Below are positions 1 through 14,047 of a stretch of DNA of 64,000 bases, piece after piece (within the stretch, counting starts at the first letter, position 1; the number at the start of each line of letters is the position of its first letter). This stretch comes from Trichosphaerium sp. ATCC 40318 (taxonomy: Eukaryota > Protista > Tubulinea), in NCBI GenBank assembly GCA_038496445.1, contig JALMLS010000064.1, positions 682,001 through 746,000 on the forward strand, in the 5' to 3' direction. Under the pieces are notes generated by a model. That model was not told where the DNA came from, did no database searches, and saw nothing but the letters and a program-made list of their open reading frames with translations. The position numbers and the translations under genes were made by a program.

Positions 1-3000
1 TCCAACGTACTTTAACGATCTACACTTCAACAACGAGGTACATCACGCTCTTTCAAAATAAAATTAACAGATGGAATTGCAAAAGTTTGTCTAATGCTGT
101 AGTTAGCCTTGGTGGGCTTGTCAAAACCTAGCAAGTAGTGTTACTAAGTTCACAGAAGCCCTTGATATATTAAAAACATATCCTACAAACAACAGCTTAG
201 CAGGGAAATCTTACTCTATAAATGTTATGCGCACTTGCAAACATATACTTAAATCTAGAGAAAAAAGGCAAATTGGGACAATAGGTGGTGTTATGGGCAT
301 CATACAATCAAGAGGTGATATCGGTATATGCTCAAAACAACAAAGAAAGGAATCCTTTGCGTTTGACAAAAAGTATATCTTTATAGACGATATTTCTCTT
401 ACATCTAAAGATTTCTTCTCTTGGATAGATTCAAACAATACAGCGTAATGATATTTGAATAATTAAGTGAAACAAAGAAAATTTCTATTTGACACCACAT
501 TTTGACATTCTTACTTTTTTCCTGTTTTGATTCTGTTTTTGTTTGACTTTTTTTACAGGACGCAAATAGTGCTTGCAGAGAGCTATTCTCCTCCTGCGGG
601 GGCCGAAGATGTGCATAAAACTTTCAACTGGCAGAACGTCAGACAGTTCGTATTTACAAACACATGCACAACGACCGCTGTTCAACAAGCTTTATTAAAA
701 ATGTCAGCTCTCATGTGGAAGATTATAACACCTATTCCGCCCGTCATTGTGGACAACACACGATCAAAGTTTGTTGGAAAGTACTACACATCTACACATA
801 CGATGTACGAGGGTGTTCTAAAGCGTATTCAGGACAATATAGTTGCAGGAAACAAGCACAATGACATTTCAGTAATAGTAAATATTACAAGCATTCAAAA
901 TTTGACACCAATCATTGAGTTTTTAAATTATAATGGCGTACCAACACAAACAAACCTTCTAATGGCGCAACCTCTAGTAAATGCTTTTCGGCAGGTTTTG
1001 GTACTGTACAACCTCAAAATGAAAAAAAAGGTTGTTGGCGCTACAGCTGCTTTAACAGACATTGCAAAGCATCTATTTCATATTAATACAGACGAGTGGC
1101 CTTTTCATCATTTATTAGATAAACATGTAATGTCAGCTGAACCTTTATGGACTACACTTAATGATCTTGTAAAGAGAAACAAGATGACCTTGTTTTTAGC
1201 AAATAAGAGGATAGGTGGATCTTCAAACGGAGGTGGAAAAGGACAACGTGATAAAACTTTAGCACAATTCCGAAGACAAGTAATAGAGCTTGTCGAACAA
1301 ATATGGAATATATTCACTGCTTTCAACACGAACGAACCAACAGACTACGCAGAAATGGTTGAGGTAACGACAAGTGTAGCCCCTTCTCTTTTTTTCACAA
1401 TTTTTTTTGTAGTTGGTTTATTTTGGATACAAAGAACGTACTGGTATGGTTGATGCAGATGTAGAGTACTTTATTGCGCTATTGAAAAAATGGCAGGTTG
1501 ATTTACCAGAAAATGATTCCGAGGATGCTCGACTGAGTATGTTATTGAATGTAGCATCATATAGCAGAGAAACTATTTCTCCTGTACGAATTCTCTTTTT
1601 TTATTCTTCTAACAAAACCAATTAAAGACCTCAACCTTATTTGTAGACAGCTGCAGATGCAAATATGGTAAAAATACGTGCTGGATTCCAGATACCAGAT
1701 CATAGGCCTATGAGTACTATAATGCTAGCTGTTTATGAGAACTTTCCACCACGTATGTTTTTACTACTGTTTTTATATTCTTGTTCTAATATCTTCCTAA
1801 GCAACAAGCGAAACAAAGCCTGTATGGGAAATACAACAAAGAATTTATCAGTGGATGAAGGTTACATCACGACACTTCACTATAATGAGTGTAGAGCAAT
1901 TTAACGCTCAATCAACTCATTTGGAATCTATTCTTACCAGTACACCTTTCTATACTTTTTTTTGTTGGAATTATTAACTTGGTACTCACTCTTTTCGGTT
2001 AGGTCTTGGTATTAAGTCTATGTTTCAAATAACAGATGCAATGTATGATCCTAAACCGGATAGAAGTTTATCTGACACTGTTAATGCTCCATATCTTGTT
2101 CAAGTAAAGAAACCAATGCTTAAAACACCTGCTATTATAAGTTTCACAATGATAAAGTGCTTCTTGTGCTGTCCATTGCAAGTACGTTATAAATACTTGA
2201 ACCTAATATGTTTGTTTATGAACTAATGTATGTAGTACGCTTGGAGATATGTTGTGAAGGCACCTAGGCATAACTATGTAGAAAAAAATGAAAAGCACAC
2301 AAAATCTGTTGTTTATGGTGATGCTATGCACATTGCTTTAAATAAGGTGAAGCGGCAGACTGTCAGAGGTACTTTATAGTCAGTTTGACTTGTGTACCCT
2401 GCAATCAAATAACTCCATTCTTTATCCAGGCAAAGAAGCAGCTGCTGACACTGAGTACATAATCAAGAGCGTCGAAAAAAAACTAAAACCTCACAAAACG
2501 AAGTTATCTACAAAAGCGTTCAATGAACAGATTGACAATGTTAAGGCAGCTGTAGAGGTACAAAAAATGTCATTATTATGTCACGAATACTTTGAGTACT
2601 AAACAGCGAAAAGGCGTATAAGCGGGAAGAACAAGAAAAGCAGATTCGACTAGAAAAAGAAGGAAAAGATATAAAAACAATGACAGAATGGAGTTTCAGT
2701 ACACATCTAACAAAACACGTGCGAGTAGAAGGTATGTTGAAAGTGTTTTCTTTGGACGTTGTAAATATTGGGCTTTTAAACTAACGGGATATTTTCTACC
2801 AGGTACTGTAGATCGACTTGAGGTGGATAAAGATACCGGCAAAATACGTATTACTGGTAATAAACAATCAAAAAAAAACCTTTGCTCATCATCTTGTTAA
2901 CCAAATATCTCAGATTACAAATCAACAATACATTTACAACCAGGTGAAAGCCTACAATTACTTATGTATGCATGGGCTTGCATGAAAGGTACGCATACCA

Positions 3001-3373
3001 AATATCGAGTGTTGGTGTTATTGAACAACAAAAAAGTCGCACCAAACAAAAAAACTGTTTTGTCTGGGAACTAATTTTTATTTTCTATAGAGTACCGTAG
3101 ACTACCTACGACAATTCAATTCTCTTCAATAAAAAAAAAGAAAACCCCTTCAAAGTCTCATTATGTGACACAAGAAGATATGGACACTGTTGACACATTT
3201 GTACGAACCAAACTTTCATCATTTTGTTCTCTTACTAAAACATCGTTTAGATGAATAATTTCTCAGAGTCTGTTCCTAAATCTTCTTTTATTGCAACACC
3301 TAGTGGACATTGTACAATTTGCGCTCACTCAGCATTTTGTCCAAGTGCACAGATAACTGCTAACGAAAAATAA
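1..3373 (+). CDS. 5'-truncated multi-exon gene: degenerate UvrD/SF1 helicase-like region fused to a C-terminal PD-(D/E)XK nuclease with a 4-Cys Fe-S staple (AdnA/B, AddAB-like)
   Basis: Spliced translation gives SFTMIKCFLCCPLQYAWRY...YGDAMHIAL, GTVDRLEV...IRITDYK, QLLMYAWA and C-terminal GHCTICAHSAFCPS (stop 3371-3373). Upstream KYIFIDDISL and QIVLAESYS resemble degenerate UvrD Walker B and motif IV. Confidence 0.75.
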
Positions 3374-3637
3374 TAAAACAAAAAAAATTGTAAGCCACAG
3401 TATTTGGTGATCTCACTTTGCCTTCTCGGTGACTTTCTTTTTCTGTGCTCAATAACATAGCATAATGCTTTCACTCCATTAATGGCTACTACCTCGTAGT
3501 ATTGCTTTAGATTCAACAACAGTACGCTCATGTCACCTGACAGCCACGAAAAAACCTAAGTTCACTGAAAATCGGTTTTAACAACATGTTCGCCACTTAC
3601 GCTTAACGACGTCGCAAGTCCTCCGATAAGTATCTAA

Positions 3638-4618
3638 ATGACTTGGAGCGTATATTCATTCGTATACGTCTATGGTGCAGCTACAGACATAGAAAAGTTT
3701 GCCAGTGAATTAAATGACCTGTGGGAATCTGCAGAGGACACTAATGGGGTTAGGAATCGAAATAAGCTAACATGACGTGTAATTATTCTCTAGGTGCCTA
3801 GACTAGTGTATTTGCGGTATTCAAAGCGTCGAGAAGGTTTATGTACGCTGAACAGTGTTGTTATCGCCGTTATTCCAACATCACTCAATTTGTTTTTATT
3901 TAGCAATACTCAAGGCAAACAAGAAGAAGAAGATTGGAGTACCCTCACTTTGTGAATGTTGCGCGTATTCAATCAAAAAGCAAATCTCATACTTTTTGGA
4001 TGCAAGCAGGATAGACGACTTTAACAAACTTCCTATGTCCTGTCTGAAACTCATTATAGACCAATACTATTCATTAGATGATTTACGAGTATTGTTATCG
4101 TTTAGTAGCACATGCCCTGCTATTAAAGATCTTGAAGCAAGTCTTATTGGGGAGTTTGTTTTTGAAGCTTACTTGTTCAAAACAGAGTTCGAAAAGCCTA
4201 TTGGCATTCTAAAGGAAAAGTACAATGTCACTGTTGCTTTTCATTTCTACGAACACGAATTTAGTGGAGGATGGGTATGTTGTAGTTTCACAAGTTATAC
4301 CTCATCGAAAGTCTCTCTAATTGTATAAAAAGGTTATAGAATGTGGTGGGTACTCTGATTTAAATCCGTTGGATAGTATAGAAGATAAGTCAGATGATGA
4401 ACAATACGTTGATATGGAAGCAGAAGAAGTTTTCTTGAATGATTTTGGAACAAACTATGACAGAAGAAATGCTTTACCACAATGTCTTAATAATCCAGCA
4501 TCTTGGCAGTGCGTTCAATCAAGCTGTTCAGATTCTAGGTTTAAACTAATTCATTCCTAGACAAATACCAGTTTCAAAAAACTGGAAAATTTCAGACTTC
4601 CCATTTGTTTTCACATGA
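3638..4618 (+). CDS. Multi-exon hypothetical protein with internal F-box-like motif
   Basis: ATG 3638 and consistent GT-AG introns. DDFNKLPMSCLKLIIDQYYSLDDLRVLLSFSSTC resembles an F-box. Confidence 0.45.
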
Positions 4619-4931
4619 CCAGCAAGGCGTATGTTTTCATGTCACCAACTAAACACAACTTACAAAAATATATTTCATAATTAGTTTTCAACTTACTTTA
4701 CTACATACTCAAGGACCCTTTGTTGATTGGGTACTAGAAATGCAAGTATTACGAATATTTGAAGAAGACATCGATCTCTGTACTTGCATGTGTATGTAAA
4801 GAGTTATGCGCATGTACCAATGTAACCATATTAGATATACTACATAGAAATAAAACTAGCCAATAAAAAGGCGGAAATGATAACAAGCAGCTTAACTGTT
4901 TGCTGTTAAGCCAAATCGAAAGTTTTTGGCA

Positions 4932-6010
4932 ATGGAAGTCGTAACACAGCTTCCTGTTATTGACATTTCGCCTCTTGTCGCATCCAATCCGAAGATTGAA
5001 GATAAAGAGAGGCTGGCAGCGCAATTAGGACAGGCATGTCGTGAATTCGGTTTCTTTTACATAGTTGGGCATGGCGTTAGCGTGGAGTTACAAAAAAACC
5101 TAGAAACAGTCAGTAAATCATTTTTTGAGAAGACTAAGGTACATTACGCTGTGAACGGCAATTAAACAAATAAACCGCATCGTAGGAAGACAAAATGAAG
5201 ATAAAAATGAGTATTTCTGGCAGAGCTTGGCGTGGGTTTTTTCCTGTTGGTGACGAGTTGACATCTGGAAAGCCTGACATGAAAGAAGGCCTTTACTTTG
5301 GAAAAGAACTTGGTCAAGATGATGAAAACGTTAAAAAGTCAGTGCCTCTTCATGGCGCTAATTTATTCCCAAAAGATACTCCAGAAATGAAGAAAATAGT
5401 CCTAGAGTATATGAAACAGCTTACAGAGCTTGGTCACCTTATTATGGGTGGATTGGCGCTTAGTTTAGGATTACCTGAAGAGTATTTTAAGACTAACTTT
5501 ACAAATGATCCTTTGATTCTTTTTCGAATCTTTAACTACCCTTCACGACAACATTGTACCCAGTTTAAAGATGTACAAGATCTATGGGGTGTAGGAGAGC
5601 ATACAGATTATGGTATGCTTACAATTCTAAAGCAAGACAATACTGGTGGGCTTCAAGTCAAAACAAAGTCAAAATGGATTGAGGCTCCACCTATTGATAA
5701 TTCCTTCATCTGTAACATTGGTGATATGTTAGATCGTATCACTGGCGGACGTTTTAGGTCTACGCCGCACCGTGTACGCAATACAACAACAAATGACAGG
5801 CTGTCGTTTCCATTTTTTTTCGACCCAAATTTTAATGCACAAATTAAACTTATAGACGTACCTGACGGTTCTGGTATATCCCATGATTCCGATAGATGGG
5901 ATGGCGTTGATATCCATAAAGTAGAAGGGACTTATGGAGAGTACATATTAAACAAAGTATCAAAGGTTTTCCCACAACTGAGTAGTAGCAACAACTTAAA
6001 GAAACAATAA
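4932..6010 (+). CDS. 2-oxoglutarate/Fe(II)-dependent oxygenase (isopenicillin N synthase/DIOX family)
   Basis: LPVIDIS and ACREFGFFYIVGHG (DIOX_N); HTD...H iron triad (GEHTDYG, STPHRV); RLS 2OG-binding motif. One intron at 5139-5185. Confidence 0.95.
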
Positions 6011-7365
6011 AATAAACAAAGCACAACAAAGCACATAGTTATGAAAAGTACAGACCTTTGTTCAAGTGTATTGATTGCACTTCCGCGGCGCAGATAAGGC
6101 CTCTTGAGAAGAGCATCACATGACACAAACATGTGAACGTCGTTTGGAGGTTAAGTGACGCAGAAGTTAAGCCAATTGTTGTGTAGCTCCAATTCACGAT
6201 AGCTTTACGTGACGTAGTTTGCTGATTTAATATTGCCATGGGTGACAACGATGATTTAGGTTGTTCTAGGCTTTAATAAATGTCACTTACACAAATAAAG
6301 GTCAACTTGTGGTAGTAATGAGTAGTCCCGCTTTTCAGACGCAAGTAACAAAATGGGAGGTACAACGTAATCAAATGCGGCTTGCGAACAGGTTTGTAGT
6401 CTACATTTTTGTTCTTTCGCTTACAAAGCACAAGAGACTTCTGGGGAAAGCATAAGAATGATTTTAAGGCTTTTTGGGCAGATAACAATAATTCTGAAGT
6501 CAAAATGGCGTTAGTATACACAGCGGTTGAAGAAATACCAAGTGTGAGCGTCATACGAACTCTTGAAACATTCCAATAAACTGTTTAGGGAATTTTCGAA
6601 ATAATCCTTGGGGTTTGCTGTACTGAGCTATCTGATATACCAAAGATAATCAGAGACCCTGTGATGCTATGTGAGTTATTTGATGATGTAGCAGGTACGT
6701 ACTAACTGATAAAACTTCACAAACAAAATTTAGTTCACTGAAACGCTTGTTTTGTCTTTTCATACCAACTGTTTTGTTAGGTATGCGCGAAGCACGTGGT
6801 AGTGCAATGCCTGAGATGCAAGATTTGCCCATGATAGCACAGCGTACTTTAAAATTAGCAAGAAGTTGCGTACTTAATCAATTTTGTACATCAATAGCAT
6901 TAGTCTACGAAAATTTATCAAAACAGTAGAAATAAAATATAATTGTTGACCTCCTAATGTAGTTTAGTACATCCTCAATGCTACATAATTACACATCTTT
7001 AGCGTGGTTGAGCTCTTATCTGATACCGGATTTAATTTATCTTTGCATGCGATTCCTGCAGAATAGAAGTAAAGTACGTTGTAAACTACACCACAAACAA
7101 AGAACAGGTAGTTAGTGGAAGACCTTGGTATTGGTTTAAACGGAACAAAAGCTGGCTGGCGTTTTTGTGGCAGTTGTTGACTGCTCGTAAATCCAGCACA
7201 AGTTGAACTCGGGAAAAGCGGTTCAAGTTTACTTTTGTTTTCTTTAGGTGTCACAAACTAAAGATGCTACTATCAAAATAAACAGAAGTCTTGATGCGGT
7301 CTTCTATGCAACATTTACCCAGTGTTTGAAAACTAGTTTTTTAAAACCATGAAACAACATACGCT

Positions 7366-7987
7366 ATGGCGCGCACCAATGATGATATGCCTGGAGGCTC
7401 TAATTTGCGTCGCAGGCCACGAGAACGCGATGTCACTACTCGCGTAACCAAATATATGCAAAAAATAGAGTTATACCACCAACAGTGCACAGAAGCTCAA
7501 AATAATTCAAAGGCACGCACAAAAAGAAAGCGAATCCACCCGTGGAAACCTTCTACTTACTTGCGTGCCGTAATGGCTGCTAATCAGAGCGAGTAGTCGC
7601 TGAAAGCGTGTGTGTGATTTAAACTTTGAAAACTACGTTGGTGGAACCCTTCTGCTTACTTGCGTGCCGTAATGGCTGCTAATCAGAGCGAGCAGTCGCT
7701 GAAAGCCAGCGTGGTTTCTAGTTGGCCAATCTTTCTTTTTTGGGAGGTGTAAACCGCTAACGCGTCATTAGAATGCTACACAAGAAATCTTGCGCGAGGT
7801 ACTTGCTGAATGCGAGAGAAATAAGGGCTACAAGAGGAAGTACGAAGAACTCAAAATTAAGCACGACGCATTACTGGTTGAAGCTGAAAAGAACAAGAGG
7901 TTTAGACGAGCAATTTCCGCGGCTGTTGACGCAAGAGACGCAGAAGATGAGCCAGAGGTGTTGCTTGTAGACAAAATTCGTACCTAG
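7366..7987 (+). CDS. Small basic/coiled-coil hypothetical protein, possibly disrupted
   Basis: ORFs 7366-7596 and 7790-7987, the latter coiled-coil-like, separated by an internal duplication. No recognisable domain. Confidence 0.35.
7542..7706. repeat. 66-bp direct repeat, two copies (7542-7607 and 7641-7706)
   Basis: gtggaa(a/c)ccttct(a/g)cttacttgcgtgccgtaatggctgctaatcagagcgag(t/c)agtcgctgaaagc; three mismatches. Confidence 0.95.
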
Positions 7988-8388
7988 CTGATTTTTGTTC
8001 ATTTTTCTGAATAAAAAAATTTGATTCATGACTGAGACTCAAGTACTTATTTTACTGTTGTGATTCGCCAAAACTACTCCGAGAAAGTGGTGGTGCACAT
8101 AAACCAACAGTACATCGTGATGGATCTCCAAGATGATTAAAATTGAATAAAACGAATATTGATTGGAAGGTTTTTAAATTAATCTTTACACTAAGCATAC
8201 CTACTTGTATTGAATTGCATAAAAACCTCCGTACTATTGAACTCCTTCAATTCAACATAGTATGATAGCTTACGAAATATGTACAAGTTCTCTTAGACAG
8301 AAACTTGAAAGCGGCATAATTTGTTCTTCACCTGTAAAGTATTACAAAAACACGTTCTCTGCCTTTATGTCAATGGTGAATTTATAGT

Positions 8389-9298
8389 TTAGTTGGACGC
8401 TATTGTATGTCCTTTGTGCACAAGTACAAAAGTAACCACGTATGCCAATACACATACAGCCATGGCAGTACCTAATGTAACACCAAATGCATTTACTTCA
8501 GATGACGCTGTGAGTTGCCTGTTTTTCTTGAATGTACAATCTAACCTGACTTTGCCATCTTCATACCACGCTTCATAAGGCCCCTCTAAAACCTTTGTGA
8601 GTTATAAAAACGATGTAGGTTCAGCCTGAAGTAGATATCAAGTTAGTAAAACTCGTGCCTTTTAATCCTCGCTCAAAATTGCAAACTGTACTTTTCATCC
8701 CGTTGGCATGCCAATTTATAAGTTTTCCTTGTCGTACACCCATATGCCAATGTGCTATCATGTATAACTGACCAGAATCATACCAATTTTTAACAACACC
8801 ATGGAGTAATCCGCGTTTGTATTGGTACTCTGCTGATTTTTTTCCTTTTTTAGAATTTTGGTTTAGCACGACATTTTGCTTATCGAAAAACACGTGGGTA
8901 ACAAGTATTTCGTATTCAGTACCTGAGGAAAACCATTCTATACCAATACCCTCCTTTTTACCGTTTTGATAATTGAATTTACCACGCAGCTTGCCGCATG
9001 GGTGAAATTCCTTCCAAGTGCCATGTCTACATGATTTTGTAAATTCAAACCGCACATACGCGTTCAAATCATCTTCTACTACGCAGAGGTAGTACGTTTA
9101 GCGTACTTTTCTAGTTTATTGTTAAAACCAGTCGTTACGGCTGTTTGCCGATTTATTAGTGGCCATTTATAGTATATCTCAGTGTTGTAGTTCCGTAGAA
9201 TGTATTGTATATCCATTGGGCAATCTAACAAATGCTCATACCTAAAATAAGTGTAAACCAATGATTTTTACGCTCAACTCAACATACCTACGCGCCAT
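8389..9298 (-). CDS. MORN2/YwqK-type repeat protein with possible N-terminal F-box-like motif and C-terminal transmembrane tail
   Basis: Repeats HGTWKEFHPCGKL, EGIGIEWFSSG, HGVVKNWYDSGQL, QGKLINWHANGM and YEAWYEDGKV. Hydrophobic C-terminus FGVTLGTAMAVCVLAYVVTFVLV. Start position uncertain. Confidence 0.7.
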
Positions 9299-9547
9299 TT
9301 GCACTATACAACGACGTAAACCTAGTTTCAGTTTTTCTTTTACACTCGTTTTATTTGAAAATCGTTAAGCAATGTACATCCTTGTAGAAGATCAAAAGCT
9401 ACTCCTTTACACCCGTAAACCATGTACTTGTGGTTCAGATGCACGTTGTACACTGTAATTACAAGCAACCACTATTATACCGATAAGGAGATTAAGTGCT
9501 TATTTGAATTGATTATTGATTAAATTTAAAAAGGTACAGGGAGCAAT

Positions 9548-11619
<2,072 letters not shown>

Positions 11620-11892
11620 CTCCGCAAGTTTTTCCTTGTTCACAAAAAGGACTAAACGATAAAAAAAGACCTACCAAGACTATTGTACTTCCGATTAAAA
11701 GTTTTGTCTTCATAATTTGGTGTTGCCACAATGACGAACACAACGTTATTTTATCAAAAATTAGTCTAAGGGCAACCATTTGATACCCTAGTGGTATATA
11801 ATTCAAATACAACAAAAACTAATACCAACACGTGCGTACAAAAACATTAACATTTTCTCACGCGTATTTGTTAGTTGGTATAGAATTCTGTT

Positions 11893-13607
11893 ATGCAGGC
11901 GAGTCTATCCAAGCTTACAGACCTACCATCGGTTTCTCAAGGGATGATGTTATCTCTCATGAAAGGGGTTAACGCCGATGATGAGGTAGTTCGGAGATTT
12001 TCCATTTTAACTTCTAGCGTACTACCTTTTTATTTTTTTCATAGGTACACTTTGCTTGCGTTGTACAAATGTTTATTTCAATAAAAGCTGAATGGGTGTA
12101 CGCAGCATCAGGTATATTGACAGCAATTAATTATAGCGATAAGAACACGTTCTTCCTGCGTATGTTTGATTTAAGGGTATGTTTCTTATTTAGAAAATTT
12201 CAAAAAAAAGAAAAAACAAAAAAACAAGTCTTTTCGCTGTTTCTTTATAACCCTCAGTGTAGACGATGAAACCGTTTTGGGAATGCGAATTTTATTATTC
12301 AATGCTTTATTGTTGTCCGTCTCCTTTTTTTCATTTTGTAGAGACAGACACACAATTAGTTGGTGAGGGTTTTATAAAATATATGTAATTTAAAGGAAAA
12401 AATCACGTGACATTGTTTATTAATTTAGGAATTTCCTTTGCTTCGTCGTATGATGCACGGAATTTAAAATGGGTTATAAATAAACTAGCAAGGAGGGTAG
12501 ATAGAAGGACATTAGCTATCGATCCTAGGAGTCAACCTAAAGGTTATAAAGACCGAGCGACGTCAACGTATATCCGTAAATAATGCAAACAAAAAAGAAC
12601 AACACAGTTTGAATTTATTTTATTTTTAGCTACTGCAGTAGAAGATAAACTAGCCAATGGAGGATGGCTTTCAGGAGAAGAAGCGTTCAAATATCAATAC
12701 TTTCGACAACAAGTTATCGTTAGCTGTCCACAAACCGCCGAACGCACACATGGAATTAGAAAAATCGAAGGCACATTATATTGTCATACTTCCAATAAAG
12801 TGTCTCACACTCTTCACCAGGAAAAGGTTGGGAAGTACAACTACCCCCTGAAATGATACCTGCTTTTGCTCCATTAGGTATCAAGCCGTCCACAGAGCCT
12901 AACGAAGTGCGAGATAGATCACAGTCTCTGAGTAACCAAAGACAAAACAAAATAGAGATTTCAAGAAGCAGAAGCAATTCAACACCTCCTCCTATTGCCT
13001 CTATTGTTTCATCTAGTTTTACAACAACAAAAAAGAAACGTCGTCTTAGCTTTAAGAAAAAAGCTAGAGTTTCTACTGTTATACATCAAGAAGAAAGAAT
13101 ATGGGACGATGAAATTGACAATAAAGCAAAAGCATCAAAAATTAAAAAAGATTCAAAAAAAGAAGCCAGGAGAAAAGACGCCAAGAAAAGGCATACTAGA
13201 AAACTATCAAAGACAAAGAGTGATCCAACACCACGCAAAAAATATATAGAGCCAGCTGAGAAGAAGAAAAGGAGAAGAAGGTCAGAGAAGAAAAGATGGT
13301 GGAGAAGTTCGAAGAAACTACCAAAAGATTCAACAGCACATCAGAAACTTCAATCATCTCCTTCGCAAGTCAGTTTTAAAGAGCCTAAAAGTTCAAATGC
13401 TACAGCTTCACAAATAAGTTTTAAATCAAGTAGTAGTACTTCTACAGGCAATTTTGATGTTGAAACTACAGCCGACAGAAGAAAATCAAGAAGCCTTTTT
13501 ACAGCCGTACGTTGATTAGCAAAAAGTAGCAACACAATGATTCATTTATTTATTTGTAGGCCCTTGAAGCTTCTCTATCAAAGCGTTCATTATCACAGGG
13601 CACGTGA
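11893..13607 (+). CDS. WH1/EVH1-domain protein with long Lys/Ser-rich basic tail
   Basis: EWVYAASGILTAINYSDKNTFFLRMFDL...LWECEFY...FFHF matches the WASP-type WH1 pattern. Exon 12853-13515 is basic and low-complexity. Confidence 0.7.
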
Positions 13608-14047
13608 CTTGTAAATGAGCAAAATTGTGTAATTATTACCAAACGCATAATAAATCCAATGTACATACTTATGGCTTCAACTTTCGAAGTTCCACTTCTT
13701 GAGCACTACATTTTTTCTCAAATATTTCTTGAGTGTTCTACAAATAGCAATACTAATTTACTGGTTTTTCAATCCGTTTTAGTTCCTGATACGTTTGTCA
13801 GTCATATGGTGACTAAGTAGTATGTTGCTTTCTGCAAATTTGAACAGAGCTGATTTGTACTCACAATGGGCCAACCCAACACTCCTCGGGTGAGAAATGA
13901 TATCTCAAAAATGTATCTTAATTCACGTAATAAAGTTAAGGTAATAATAGCTGACAGGATTCTTGATTTTAGTTAACAACCGTAATGAAATATTTGTTTC
14001 ATAATTTTTTATTTACAAACAAGGTTTGGGGTTTTCTTTCTTTTTTA

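Noticed and set aside
6040-7260. Scattered short ORFs on both strands
   Set aside because: No coherent exon chain or recognisable domain. It may hide a divergent gene, but that is unsupported.
7542-7706. Possible CRISPR-like repeat-spacer
   Set aside because: Only two copies, 66 bp long, in a eukaryotic context with no cas operon. The Cas4-like nuclease nearby is helicase-fused and intron-containing.
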